Origin: Collinsella sp.
GTDB taxonomy: Bacteria; Actinomycetota; Coriobacteriia; Coriobacteriales; Coriobacteriaceae
Reading direction: 5' to 3'
Assembly (NCBI GenBank): GCA_048524725.1
Contig: DBFVGT010000010.1
Span: 1,125 to 65,124 of the forward strand
Length of the DNA stretch: 64,000 nucleotides
Below the pieces are notes generated by a model. The model made no database searches and was not told the origin of the DNA. It saw only the letters and a program-made list of their open reading frames with translations. Shown in pieces: positions 8,752 to 17,328 of the stretch. Position 1 is the first letter of the stretch. The number at the start of each line of letters is the position of its first letter. Made by a program: the position numbers and the translations under genes.

Positions 8752-9464
8752 CAGCCCACGTACCTTTCCGTCCACTGTACCGTCGCGGTGCCGCTGGACA
8801 GCTTGAGGCTGTTGGCCCCCGGCTCCAGCGGGAAGAAGTCACTCTCGAAGGTCACGGGCGCGGGACTGCCGTCCACCGTGGCCTGCGGGGCGGCCATGTC
8901 GATGACCACCGCGCTCGATGCCGTCACCGCCTTGTCGATTTGCACGAACTCGCCCGTGCCCATGTTCGTCAGCCGCAGCGCCGACGTGCTGCCGCCGGGC
9001 TTGATGGCCACGGTGGGGTAGGTGCGGAACGTTCCTCCGACCTGCACCCCCGCCGTGCCCGATACCGATGCGCGCCCCTCGGCCCCGTACGCCACCGGGT
9101 CGTAGGCCGTGAACGTCAGCGTGGCCTCGCCGGTGTGCCACAGGGTGTCCAGCGCGCCCGGCGAGGTCAGCACGGCCATGTAGCGCAGCCCGAGGTGCCT
9201 CTCGTCGTCGAGCCACAGATCGGCCTCCTTGAGGCACATCAGGCGCGAGGCCATGAGGCGGCGAAGGGCCGCCATGTCGTCGGTGGGACGCGCCCTCCAA
9301 GCCGCCGCCACGTCTATCGTCAGGGGCTTCAGGTCTGCGCGCATGAAGCGCGAGCCGGGCTGTCCGGGCACGTCGCGCGTGGCGATTTCGTACTCGGGCA
9401 GCAGCGAGCGGGTTATGAGCCGGGTGTCGAACCACGGCGCGAAGTCGAAGCCGTTGTATATCAT
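8751..9464 (-). CDS. Distal tail protein (Dit-like)
   Basis: MIYNGFDF start overlaps the TMP stop (ATGA); TLTFTAYDPVAYG; ends WTERY. Confidence 0.8.
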   Translation of the reverse strand: MIYNGFDFAPWFDTRLITRSLLPEYEIATRDVPGQPGSRFMRADLKPLTIDVAAAWRARPTDDMAALRRLMASRLMCLKEADLWLDDERHLGLRYMAVLTSPGALDTLWHTGEATLTFTAYDPVAYGAEGRASVSGTAGVQVGGTFRTYPTVAIKPGGSTSALRLTNMGTGEFVQIDKAVTASSAVVIDMAAPQATVDGSPAPVTFESDFFPLEPGANSLKLSSGTATVQWTERYVG

Positions 9465-11938
9465 GCGAAGCACTCCTGCCGTTTGATTTCCTTGGCTATC
9501 TGGCGGGAGATTTTCTCTATGTCGGCCTCCTCCCGCACGGTCGCGTACACGTTGATTGTCACGTTCGTGTCGCCGTGGCCAGCGCCGCCCTTGCCGTCGA
9601 GCAGTTTGGCGATGCCCTCGGCCAGCGGGCGCGCGCCGCGCTCGTTGAACGGCACCACGCCCTCGGGGCCGGCCTCGCCGACGCCGATGACGCTGGGGCC
9701 GTTGAACACGCCGCCCTTCGCGTACCAGTCGATTCCGAAGTGCGGAACGCTCGGCGGGTCGATGCTGAACCCGCCCGAGATGGACAGGTGCGGCAGCTTC
9801 AGGTGGGGCAGAGACCACGAGAAGTTGAAGAACCCCTTGATGGAGTCGATTACGTTTCGCACGGTGTCGCGGGCGCTGTTTATCGGCGTCTCGATGGCGC
9901 TCTTGATGGAGTTCCATATGCCGGCCACGGTGTCGCGGGCGGCGTTGAACACGCTGGAGATGGTGTCGCGGATGCCGTTGACGATGCCGGATATGGTCGA
10001 GCTGATGCCGTTCCACACGTTCGACGCCGTGGTGCTCACGGCACCCCATATGGAGTCCCACACCGCCTGAATTGCCGACAGCACCGCCGATATGGTGGAG
10101 CTGATGGCATTGATGGCCGCGCCTATCGCCGAGCTGATGGCGTCCCATATGCTGGAGGCGGTGGAGCTCACCGCGCCCCACACCGTGTCCCACACGCCCT
10201 GAATCACCTCAAGGGCCGCGCTTATCACGTCGCTCACGTATTGGATGTACGTGCCGACCGCGCCGCATATGAGGTCCCACGCCGCCGTGATCACGCCGCC
10301 GAAGTTCTCCCAGACGAAGTTCCAGGGTATGAGCAGCGTCTCGATGGCTAGGTTGAGTATTTCCGCGAGCAGCATCACGGCCACCTGCACAACGTTGCAG
10401 ATGCCGTCCCACACGCCCGCGAGCGTCGCGCCCAGCCCGGAGAAGAACGCGCCTATCGACTCGGCGACCCCGCCGGCAACGCCGACGGCCACCTGGAACG
10501 CGGCGCACACGGCATCCCACACGGCGGTCACGGCGTCGCGGAACTCCTCGCAGTTGTTCCACAGCAGCACCACTGCGGCGATGATGGCCGCTATTGCCGC
10601 TATCACGGGGTGCGCGGCTATAAGCCCCAGCGCGGCGGTGCCCGCCTTGCCGACCACCTGGAAGGCCGCTCCGATTTTCGGCACGGCGTCCACGACGGTG
10701 CCGACCGTCGACAGCACGGGGCCTATGGCGGCCGCTATCGTGGCGATCGCCAGCACGGCGGTCTGGCCGCCCTCGCCGATGCCGGCGAACCACTCGGAGA
10801 ACGACTTGACGACGCCCGCCACGTTGGTGGCGATGTTGAGCAGCGGCTCGCCAAGCGGCTCGATGGAGCCCTGCAGCTCGCGCATGGCCTCCTGCGATTT
10901 CACGGCGAAGCTGTCGGAGGCGGCCTCCTGGGCCTGCTGCGCAGCGCCCGCCACGTCGCCGAAGCTGTCCTGCACGCCCGCCAGGGATTCGATCATGCCC
11001 ATGGCATTGTCCTCGCCCAGCGAGGACCACAGGGTGGAGGCCAGCGCGGCCTTGTCGTACTCGTTTGGCATCTGCGTGAGGTCGCCCAGCACCGCCTGCA
11101 GCATGTCCTCGGCGGTGGCGCTGCCGTTCTTGAAGTTCTCGAAGACCTCCTGCGTGCCCTCGCTGAACGAGCCGATGGATTCCTCCATGCGGCCGTCGGA
11201 CAGCGCCGTCAGGAACTCGTTGAGGTAGTCGCCCACCTTGTCCAGGTTGTACGCGCCGTTGGACGTGCCCGCTTCTAGCAGCGAGAAGTACTCGCTGGCG
11301 CTCATTCCCGCCTCGCCCCATCGCACGGAGTATTCGCTCAGGTTGTCGCCCAGCTCGTCGGTGTAGTTCAGGCCGCGCTGCATGCCCGCCGTCAGTAGGT
11401 CGCTGGCCTCGGTGGCGGACAGCCCGAAGCCCTCCATGAGGGCGTTGGTGCCGCGTATGGACTCGTTCACGTCTGCGCCGAAGGTGTCCGACAGCATGAG
11501 TGCGTTGGTGGTGACGGTCTGCAGGTCCTCGTCGGACACGTCGCGAAGGGTGGACTTGCACTGGATCAGAGCATCGTTGACCTCGTCCAGGGACTGGCCC
11601 CAGCCACCCTCGTATATGCGCTTGCCTATGCCGCTAAAACGCTCGGCCTCCTCGCCGGACACGCCGAACGCGGCGGCTATGCGGGCGTTGGCCTGCTCGT
11701 AGTCGCTGGCCACGCCGAATACGGCCTTGCCGGCGGCCACCACGGGCGCGGTCAGCGTCACCGTGGCGGCCGTGCCGGCCTTCTTGAACGAGGACGACAG
11801 CTTCGCGGCCTTCTCGTCGCCCTCGGTTATGTTCTTCCAGGAGATGCCCTGGAGGTCGCGCTCCAGGGCCTTGATGTTCTTGGATACGTCAACGGTGTCG
11901 AGCACCGCTTTGATGATGACGTTGCCGTCCATGCTCAC
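9461..11938 (-). CDS. Tape measure protein
   Basis: 825 aa; Ala/Gly-rich; W/F repeats about every 11 aa; WYAKGGVF C-terminal motif. Confidence 0.92.
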   Translation of the reverse strand: MSMDGNVIIKAVLDTVDVSKNIKALERDLQGISWKNITEGDEKAAKLSSSFKKAGTAATVTLTAPVVAAGKAVFGVASDYEQANARIAAAFGVSGEEAERFSGIGKRIYEGGWGQSLDEVNDALIQCKSTLRDVSDEDLQTVTTNALMLSDTFGADVNESIRGTNALMEGFGLSATEASDLLTAGMQRGLNYTDELGDNLSEYSVRWGEAGMSASEYFSLLEAGTSNGAYNLDKVGDYLNEFLTALSDGRMEESIGSFSEGTQEVFENFKNGSATAEDMLQAVLGDLTQMPNEYDKAALASTLWSSLGEDNAMGMIESLAGVQDSFGDVAGAAQQAQEAASDSFAVKSQEAMRELQGSIEPLGEPLLNIATNVAGVVKSFSEWFAGIGEGGQTAVLAIATIAAAIGPVLSTVGTVVDAVPKIGAAFQVVGKAGTAALGLIAAHPVIAAIAAIIAAVVLLWNNCEEFRDAVTAVWDAVCAAFQVAVGVAGGVAESIGAFFSGLGATLAGVWDGICNVVQVAVMLLAEILNLAIETLLIPWNFVWENFGGVITAAWDLICGAVGTYIQYVSDVISAALEVIQGVWDTVWGAVSSTASSIWDAISSAIGAAINAISSTISAVLSAIQAVWDSIWGAVSTTASNVWNGISSTISGIVNGIRDTISSVFNAARDTVAGIWNSIKSAIETPINSARDTVRNVIDSIKGFFNFSWSLPHLKLPHLSISGGFSIDPPSVPHFGIDWYAKGGVFNGPSVIGVGEAGPEGVVPFNERGARPLAEGIAKLLDGKGGAGHGDTNVTINVYATVREEADIEKISRQIAKEIKRQECFA

Positions 11939-12591
11939 CTCGTCGCTCTCTTGAGCGCGGCGAACACATCGCGCATCGCCGCGTCGCTTCCTTCCTCAGA
12001 GCCGTGTGAGCTGCGGCCTTTGCCGAGTTCGAACGCCTTGTGGGCGGCGTTCCAGGCCTCGACCTCCTGCCTGTTGTATTTGGTTGGCTTCGGCTTGGTC
12101 GCCGGGTTGCGGTAGTGGATGGCCGCGCCGAGCGGCGTGTCCTGCGGGCAGCCGCCCACGAGTGCCACGAACTCGGCGAAGCTGATGCGACCGCGCACCT
12201 CGTCCCACTCGATGCCGTAGGCCTGGCGGAAGCTGGTGCGTATGCGCGCCGCGTCCTCCTCCAAGTCCCACAGCGGGGTCTCGTGCGGGCGGTCGCCGCT
12301 CAGGTCGAGTCCGCACATGTCCCATACCGCCGCGTCGCGCATCCGCACGAACTCGGCGGCGTCGTAGTCGCATGCGCACCACGCGTCCGCCCAGTCCACG
12401 AAGAACAGCGCCAGGAACTCGTCCCGGCGCTGGTCGTCGGACTTGCCCTCGTCGGTCAGCACCTCGATGACGCGGATGATCGTGAGCGCGTCGTCGCGCA
12501 CCAGCACCTTCTCGCCGTTCCACGGGTAGCGCGTGGCGCTCGTGCCGTCGGGCAGCCGCACCCGCTCGGCCGTGAGCGCGGCTGACAGCAT
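11935..12591 (-). CDS. Gp15-like tail assembly protein
   Basis: WDLEEDAARIRTSFRQAYGI; located between chaperone and TMP. Confidence 0.7.
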   Translation of the reverse strand: MLSAALTAERVRLPDGTSATRYPWNGEKVLVRDDALTIIRVIEVLTDEGKSDDQRRDEFLALFFVDWADAWCACDYDAAEFVRMRDAAVWDMCGLDLSGDRPHETPLWDLEEDAARIRTSFRQAYGIEWDEVRGRISFAEFVALVGGCPQDTPLGAAIHYRNPATKPKPTKYNRQEVEAWNAAHKAFELGKGRSSHGSEEGSDAAMRDVFAALKRATR

Positions 12592-13094
12592 TACTTGCCG
12601 CCCTTCTTCTTGCGCTTGGCCTTGGCGCGGCGCTGGGCGCGGTTGAGCGCCTGGACCTGATCGGCGCGCTCGCTGTATGCAAGGCCGCACGCCATCAGCT
12701 GCTCGCTGGTCGCGTGGCGCGCCAACATGTTGAGGAACGTGGCGAAGACCTCGCCCAGGATGCGGATGTTCTCCTCGGGCGCGATGGGGCCCTCGTCGCC
12801 GCCCATCCACGCGAGCAGCTGCTCCCAGCCCTCGGTGCCGATGAACGCCGAGATGGTGCGCTTCATGAGGCGGGCCTGCGCGGCGTTGGCCTCGGCCGCC
12901 TTCTCGGGGGTGTCGGCCTCGCGGGCCATCTGCTCGTTGGCCTGCGCGCGGTCGATGGCGTTGCCGACCTTGGCCAGGTACTCCTCGATGTGCTTGTCGT
13001 CGAACCACACGCGGAAGCGCGGCGTGTCGGGGTTCTCCTCGGGGTCCTCGAAGAACACGTCCTCGTACGCGCGGATGTTTTTCAGAAGTTCCAT
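12591..13094 (-). CDS. Tail assembly chaperone
   Basis: Follows the major tail gene; C-terminal NRAQRR motif. Confidence 0.7.
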   Translation of the reverse strand: MELLKNIRAYEDVFFEDPEENPDTPRFRVWFDDKHIEEYLAKVGNAIDRAQANEQMAREADTPEKAAEANAAQARLMKRTISAFIGTEGWEQLLAWMGGDEGPIAPEENIRILGEVFATFLNMLARHATSEQLMACGLAYSERADQVQALNRAQRRAKAKRKKKGGK

Positions 13095-13132
13095 TTGCTG
13101 CCCCTTTCGTGAGCGGTGAGCGTCGGGCATAG

Positions 13133-13167
13133 AAAAGGGGCGCGGGCCGCTCACTAGCCCGCGCCCC
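13133..13167 (-). terminator. Intrinsic terminator after major tail gene
   Basis: GGGGCGCGGGC...GCCCGCGCCCC followed by TTTT. Confidence 0.7.
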
Positions 13168-13202
13168 CATGTCCAGGAGGTTATGTCTGGTGTCGCCTGC
13201 GG

Positions 13203-13919
13203 CTACTTCGCCGCCACGGTGACCTTCACCTGCGTGCAGATGCTCGGCTTGGACGCGCAGCGCACGGCGATGACCGCCTCGCCTGCGGCCACACCCGTCA
13301 CGTTGCCGTCGCTGTCGACGGTGGCCACGTCGGTGTTGCCCGATGCGAAGAAGCACTTGGCGTTCGCCTCGGCGGGCGTGACGGTCGGCGCGAGCTTCAT
13401 GGACTTGCCCACGGCCGGGCCGGTCGGCGCGGTGCAGGTGACGCCCGTGGGCTGCTTGAGCTTGTTGGCGGGGATGTAGCGCATAGCGCCAGCGCCCGAG
13501 ATTGTGCAGGAGAACGCGCCGGGGTCGGACGCCGCGCCCTGCTGCGAGCCGACGGTCAGGCCCAGGTAGGTGCAGTCGCCCTCCACCACGTCGCCGTTGG
13601 GGTCGGTGTGGCGGAAGTGGCCCGTGCGGCCCTCGCCGGTCTCAAGCGCCAGGCTGGCAACGAAGTCCTGCGCGGGGTCGCCGTAGCAGCGGTCGCCTGT
13701 GACCTCGTACTGCGGCTGCACGCTCTTTACCTTGTCGGTGGGAGTGCCGTAGCCGTCGTAGTAGTCCTTGGTCTCGGTGGTCTCGTTGGTGGTCGGCTTT
13801 ACCTCGGTGATGCCGCGCGAGAAGATGGCCCACGTGGGGCTGGCCGCGTCTGGCGTGGTGTCGATCTCCAGCGCGCTCATGTAGTTGGGCGCGAAGCCCA
13901 GGTCTTGGTTCTTTGCCAT
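13203..13919 (-). CDS. Major tail protein with C-terminal Ig-like domain
   Basis: ETKDYYDGYG...VTGDRCYGDPAQDFV; VATVDSDGNVTGVAAGEAVI resembles a Big_2 domain. Confidence 0.85.
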   Translation of the reverse strand: MAKNQDLGFAPNYMSALEIDTTPDAASPTWAIFSRGITEVKPTTNETTETKDYYDGYGTPTDKVKSVQPQYEVTGDRCYGDPAQDFVASLALETGEGRTGHFRHTDPNGDVVEGDCTYLGLTVGSQQGAASDPGAFSCTISGAGAMRYIPANKLKQPTGVTCTAPTGPAVGKSMKLAPTVTPAEANAKCFFASGNTDVATVDSDGNVTGVAAGEAVIAVRCASKPSICTQVKVTVAAK

Positions 13920-13921
13920 CG

Positions 13922-14320
13922 TTATCCCTTCTCTATGGTTATGGTCGCTTTGATTCGGAACTCCCACAGGTACGGCCCGCCCTCGGGCGGCGTTATCTCC
14001 TGCGGTTCGGTGTACAGCGACGCGCTCGTGAAGCCGTAGGAGCCTGTGGGCGAGGACAGGTCGGCCCCGTCCAGCGCGTCGGCCAGGTCGTAGGCGTCGC
14101 CCATGGCCTTGGCCTCGGAGGTGTCCTTCACGATGACCTGCAGCACGTATCCCACGCGGCGGGTGCCGTCCATGTGGCGCACCACGTCGGTGGTGGGCAT
14201 GGGCCGCAGCACCACCGCGTCGTCGTGGCCGCGCGAGGCGGCCAGGCGGGTGAGGAGCACCGGGCCGTAGCCCAGGGCCTCTATGGCGGCCTTCGCCGCC
14301 TCCATCACGTCCGGGACCAT
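13922..14320 (-). CDS. Tail terminator/minor capsid protein
   Basis: Size and position immediately before the major tail gene. Confidence 0.65.
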   Translation of the reverse strand: MVPDVMEAAKAAIEALGYGPVLLTRLAASRGHDDAVVLRPMPTTDVVRHMDGTRRVGYVLQVIVKDTSEAKAMGDAYDLADALDGADLSSPTGSYGFTSASLYTEPQEITPPEGGPYLWEFRIKATITIEKG

Positions 14321-14321
14321 G

Positions 14322-14672
14322 TCACGCCCCCTCGGTCAGGAGGTCGACGGCCAGGCGCTCCCAGTCCTCGCCATGCGCTTCCTTCGCGGCCTTCGGCCAG
14401 TCGGCCTTGGCCCTCTGGTTCTTGCCGTGCTTGATGGAGCTGTCGGGCAGGTCGCGCACGTAGGCGGCGTAGTCGGCGTCCCATATGACGAGGCCCTGCC
14501 TGAAGTCGGAGGCGGCCTGCATGGAGTTGTGCATGCGCTTGGTGTCCTCTGGCGTGAACGCGTTCATGTCCTCGGCCACGCTCATGGCGAACTTCACCTG
14601 CTTGGCCTCCAGCTCTTTCGCGCTGAAACGCTTCATGAGCTTGGTCAGGTCGACCGTAACTGCTGCGGGCAT
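14322..14672 (-). CDS. Neck/minor capsid protein
   Basis: FTPEDTKRMHNS...WDADYAAYV motif; position in head-tail joining cluster. Confidence 0.65.
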   Translation of the reverse strand: MPAAVTVDLTKLMKRFSAKELEAKQVKFAMSVAEDMNAFTPEDTKRMHNSMQAASDFRQGLVIWDADYAAYVRDLPDSSIKHGKNQRAKADWPKAAKEAHGEDWERLAVDLLTEGA

Positions 14673-14674
14673 GG

Positions 14675-15004
14675 CTACCTCACCTCCAGTTCCCAGTGGT
14701 GGGGACGGGTGCCGAACGCGCGGCGGGGCGTGCACCTCGCCACGTTCATCCACTCGCCCCCGTCGATGCTCACGCGGCTGCCCACTGGCACGTCGAACAT
14801 GCCGGGGCTGTCCGCGCCGTCCGCTATCACGAGGCCCTGTGCGCCGTCGCCCAGGGCGTACTCGCGCACGAGCCACGCCGAGACGGGCTCGAAGCGCACG
14901 CGGCGCACCTCGACGGGTTGCTCGAACTCGCCGCCGTAGCCGCCCTCCCTGGGCACCTTGACGGACATGGTGGAGGGCCGCGCCGAGCGCGGCACCCGCA
15001 TCAT
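14675..15004 (-). CDS. Head closure/minor capsid protein
   Basis: Ends PHHWELEVR; position. Confidence 0.65.
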   Translation of the reverse strand: MMRVPRSARPSTMSVKVPREGGYGGEFEQPVEVRRVRFEPVSAWLVREYALGDGAQGLVIADGADSPGMFDVPVGSRVSIDGGEWMNVARCTPRRAFGTRPHHWELEVR

Positions 15005-15360
15005 CTGGTACCCCCGATGCCCGCGTAGAGCAGCGGCGTTCCAAGCAGCTCGCGGCGGACGGCGGCCTCCATGTCGCTGCGGTAGGTGCTGGCCCCTTCG
15101 GTACCGGGGTTCCACGAGAACGAGCCGACGGTGAAGCCGCCGCCCTCCATGATGCCGCCCGAGCATCCGTACGCGGCGTCGACCTCGCAGGCCGCCATGA
15201 CCGCGCGCGCCCACTCCTCGGAGCCGTCCGGCTCGTTGGGGAAGATCAGGTCGCGCACGACTGCCGTGGCGTGGGGGAGCGCCGCCTTGAACTCCTCGGC
15301 GGACAGCTCCCCGCGCCCGGCTGCCAGGTAGTCCTCGTACGCCGGGGCGCTACCCTTCAT
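15001..15360 (-). CDS. Head-tail connector protein
   Basis: FTVGSFSW and terminal LLGTPLLYAGI motifs; position after capsid. Confidence 0.7.
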   Translation of the reverse strand: MKGSAPAYEDYLAAGRGELSAEEFKAALPHATAVVRDLIFPNEPDGSEEWARAVMAACEVDAAYGCSGGIMEGGGFTVGSFSWNPGTEGASTYRSDMEAAVRRELLGTPLLYAGIGGTR

Positions 15361-15502
15361 CGCCCTCGGCCGCCTCGGGCTTCTCGGCGTCTTCGGCGGG
15401 CTTGTCTTCCACCGCCTTCGCCTCGGGCTTCTCGGTCTTGCCCTTGGCGGGCTTGGCCTTCTTCGGTGCCTTCTTCTCGAAGGTCAGTCCAACGGTTCGC
15501 AT
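15350..15502 (-). CDS. Small Lys/Glu-rich protein after capsid
   Basis: MRTVGLTFEKKAPKK, 50 aa; GGAAGGGG RBS. Confidence 0.55.
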   Translation of the reverse strand: MRTVGLTFEKKAPKKAKPAKGKTEKPEAKAVEDKPAEDAEKPEAAEGDEG

Positions 15503-15519
15503 AACGCGCCCCCTTCCTC

Positions 15520-16401
15520 CTACGCGGCCTTCAGGCCTGCGGTGATGTAGTGCGCCAGGTTCTCGCGCACGCCGCACACGCCGTACTTGCGGTACTTGAA
15601 CAGGTGGCCGAAGCCCTGCTGGTTGTCCTCGGCGTCGATGACCTTGCCGTGCGCGAAGTTCCAGCGCAGCACCACGGCGTCCTTGTGGACAATCAGGAAG
15701 TTCAGGTCGGCTGCGCCGGTGCCCTTCTTGTAGTGGCCGATCTCCTCGTCCTTGGTGGTGCCGTCCAGGAGGTCGATGGCGCTGTAGAAGCGGGACTGCG
15801 GCACCTTCACGATGGAGGAGAAGCCGTCCAGCGCCTCGCGGGACTTGGTGGTGTCCAGGTCCTTCACCATACCCAGCAGGGTGGGGGTGATGAACAGCAC
15901 GCGGCCCTCTTCCGGCACCTCTTTCTCGTCCATGTCGCACATGGCGGCGTTCAAGCCCTTGAGCATGTCCGCGCCGTCGGCGTAGGTCTTCTGCTCCTTG
16001 GTGATGCCGGTGCCTGCGCACAGCGTGGAGAACACGAACGCGTCTCCCTCGGGCACCACCTTGGTGCGGTTGAAGTGCGCGGCGGCGTTGCCGAACGCCA
16101 GGTTGAAGGACTGGGCGTCCACTTTCTGGTCGATTTCCAGGATGGTGCCGCGGTCGTAGTTGGCGCTGATGGGCTTCCAAGTCAGGGACGCTCCGCTGTT
16201 CTGCGGCAGTCGCCCGTTGGCCTGCACGTCGCCCAGGCCGCCCATGGAGTAGACGGGGTAGTAGAACTCGCCCAGCTGCTCCATCTGCGCGATGTTGCCC
16301 TGCGGCGCGGCGCTCTCAAGCACTGCGGTCAGGGATTCCTTGCGGTACGCCTCCATGAGCACGTTCTCGTAGCCCTTGGGCAGTTCGATGTTGCTTGGCA
16401 T
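15520..16401 (-). CDS. Major capsid protein
   Basis: 293 aa after scaffold; FNRTKVVPEGDAFVFS; AGGAG RBS. Confidence 0.85.
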   Translation of the reverse strand: MPSNIELPKGYENVLMEAYRKESLTAVLESAAPQGNIAQMEQLGEFYYPVYSMGGLGDVQANGRLPQNSGASLTWKPISANYDRGTILEIDQKVDAQSFNLAFGNAAAHFNRTKVVPEGDAFVFSTLCAGTGITKEQKTYADGADMLKGLNAAMCDMDEKEVPEEGRVLFITPTLLGMVKDLDTTKSREALDGFSSIVKVPQSRFYSAIDLLDGTTKDEEIGHYKKGTGAADLNFLIVHKDAVVLRWNFAHGKVIDAEDNQQGFGHLFKYRKYGVCGVRENLAHYITAGLKAA

Positions 16402-16404
16402 GAT

Positions 16405-16962
16405 TTACTCCTTTGAAGATTCGTCGGTGAGTCCGAAAGCTGCGCGGAAGTCGGCCAGGCCGTCGGAGCCTGCGCCGCCCTTGGGGTCGCCGCCCGCGCT
16501 CTCGCGGGGCTGGTCGGTGAACATGTAGGCGTTGTCCTTCTTCAGGGCCTCGAAGTCGATGCCCGTTAGGTTGCCCTGCTCGTCCAGCTTCGCGTCGGCG
16601 ATGTTCGGGATGATCGCGCGCGCCGCCTTGGCGTTGCGCACCCCCATCTGCGCCAGCTTGGTGTCGATGGCGAAGTCGCGGCGCATGTCGGCCTCGCGCT
16701 TCTCGGCGTCGGCCTTGTACGCCTCGTTGTCGGCCTTGGCCTTGTCGAGCGCGGCCTGCAGCTCCTCTGCGTTGCCCGCCTTGGAGGTGAACTCCTCGAT
16801 CTGCTTGTCGCGCTGCTCCAGCTCGGCCTTGAGGGCCTTCACCTGCTCCTGGTACTCGTCGGTTTCGCGCTTGTACTTCGCGTAGGACACGACCTCCTTC
16901 TGGGGCTCGGTCTGCTGGCCTTCGCCGCCCTCGTTTCCCTGGGGCTTGTTGTCTTCAGCCAT
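16405..16962 (-). CDS. Capsid scaffolding protein (Gp20-like)
   Basis: Charged coiled coil; GVRNAKAARA, LKKDNAYMF. Confidence 0.85.
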   Translation of the reverse strand: MAEDNKPQGNEGGEGQQTEPQKEVVSYAKYKRETDEYQEQVKALKAELEQRDKQIEEFTSKAGNAEELQAALDKAKADNEAYKADAEKREADMRRDFAIDTKLAQMGVRNAKAARAIIPNIADAKLDEQGNLTGIDFEALKKDNAYMFTDQPRESAGGDPKGGAGSDGLADFRAAFGLTDESSKE

Positions 16963-17098
16963 CGCTTGCTCCTTCCGTGTTTGGTTGTCGCGCTTCCCTG
17001 CGCGCTTGGATGGCCCACCGTTGTCGCCGTGGTCGCGTGCGGGGCATGTTGTCGCCGCCCCATCGCGTGCCTGCATCTTCCCCGAGGTGTCGCCAGGC

Positions 17099-17131
17099 AA
17101 AAGAAAAGGCCGCCCGTTCGTGGGCGGCCTT
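17099..17131 (-). terminator. Intrinsic terminator
   Basis: AAGGCCGCCC-N6-GGGCGGCCTT followed by TTCTTTT on the minus strand. Confidence 0.8.
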
Positions 17132-17163
17132 GATGCCGTGCGTCTGCTCGGTTGTCGCTTGGT

Positions 17164-17328
17164 CTACTTCATCAGCCCCGCGTCGCGCAGAACCTTGCGG
17201 GACTTGGCAAAAAGCTCCTCGCGCTCTTCTTTGGTCAGCTTTTCGGCGGCTTTCGACTCGGAGGCGCTGTCATCTATGACGAGCACCCAGTCCTCTGGCG
17301 TCACTTCTTTTTTGTCAGCCTGAACCAT
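17164..17328 (-). CDS. Small protein overlapping the MuF 3' end; candidate immunity protein
   Basis: 54 aa MVQADKKEV...; GAGGA RBS; followed by terminator. Confidence 0.6.
   Translation of the reverse strand: MVQADKKEVTPEDWVLVIDDSASESKAAEKLTKEEREELFAKSRKVLRDAGLMK

Noticed and set aside
7123..9021. Long antisense and alternative-frame ORFs throughout (e.g. 7123-9021, 3925-5433, 173-1285)
   Set aside because: Shadow ORFs expected at high GC; they overlap well-supported genes and lack RBS or motifs
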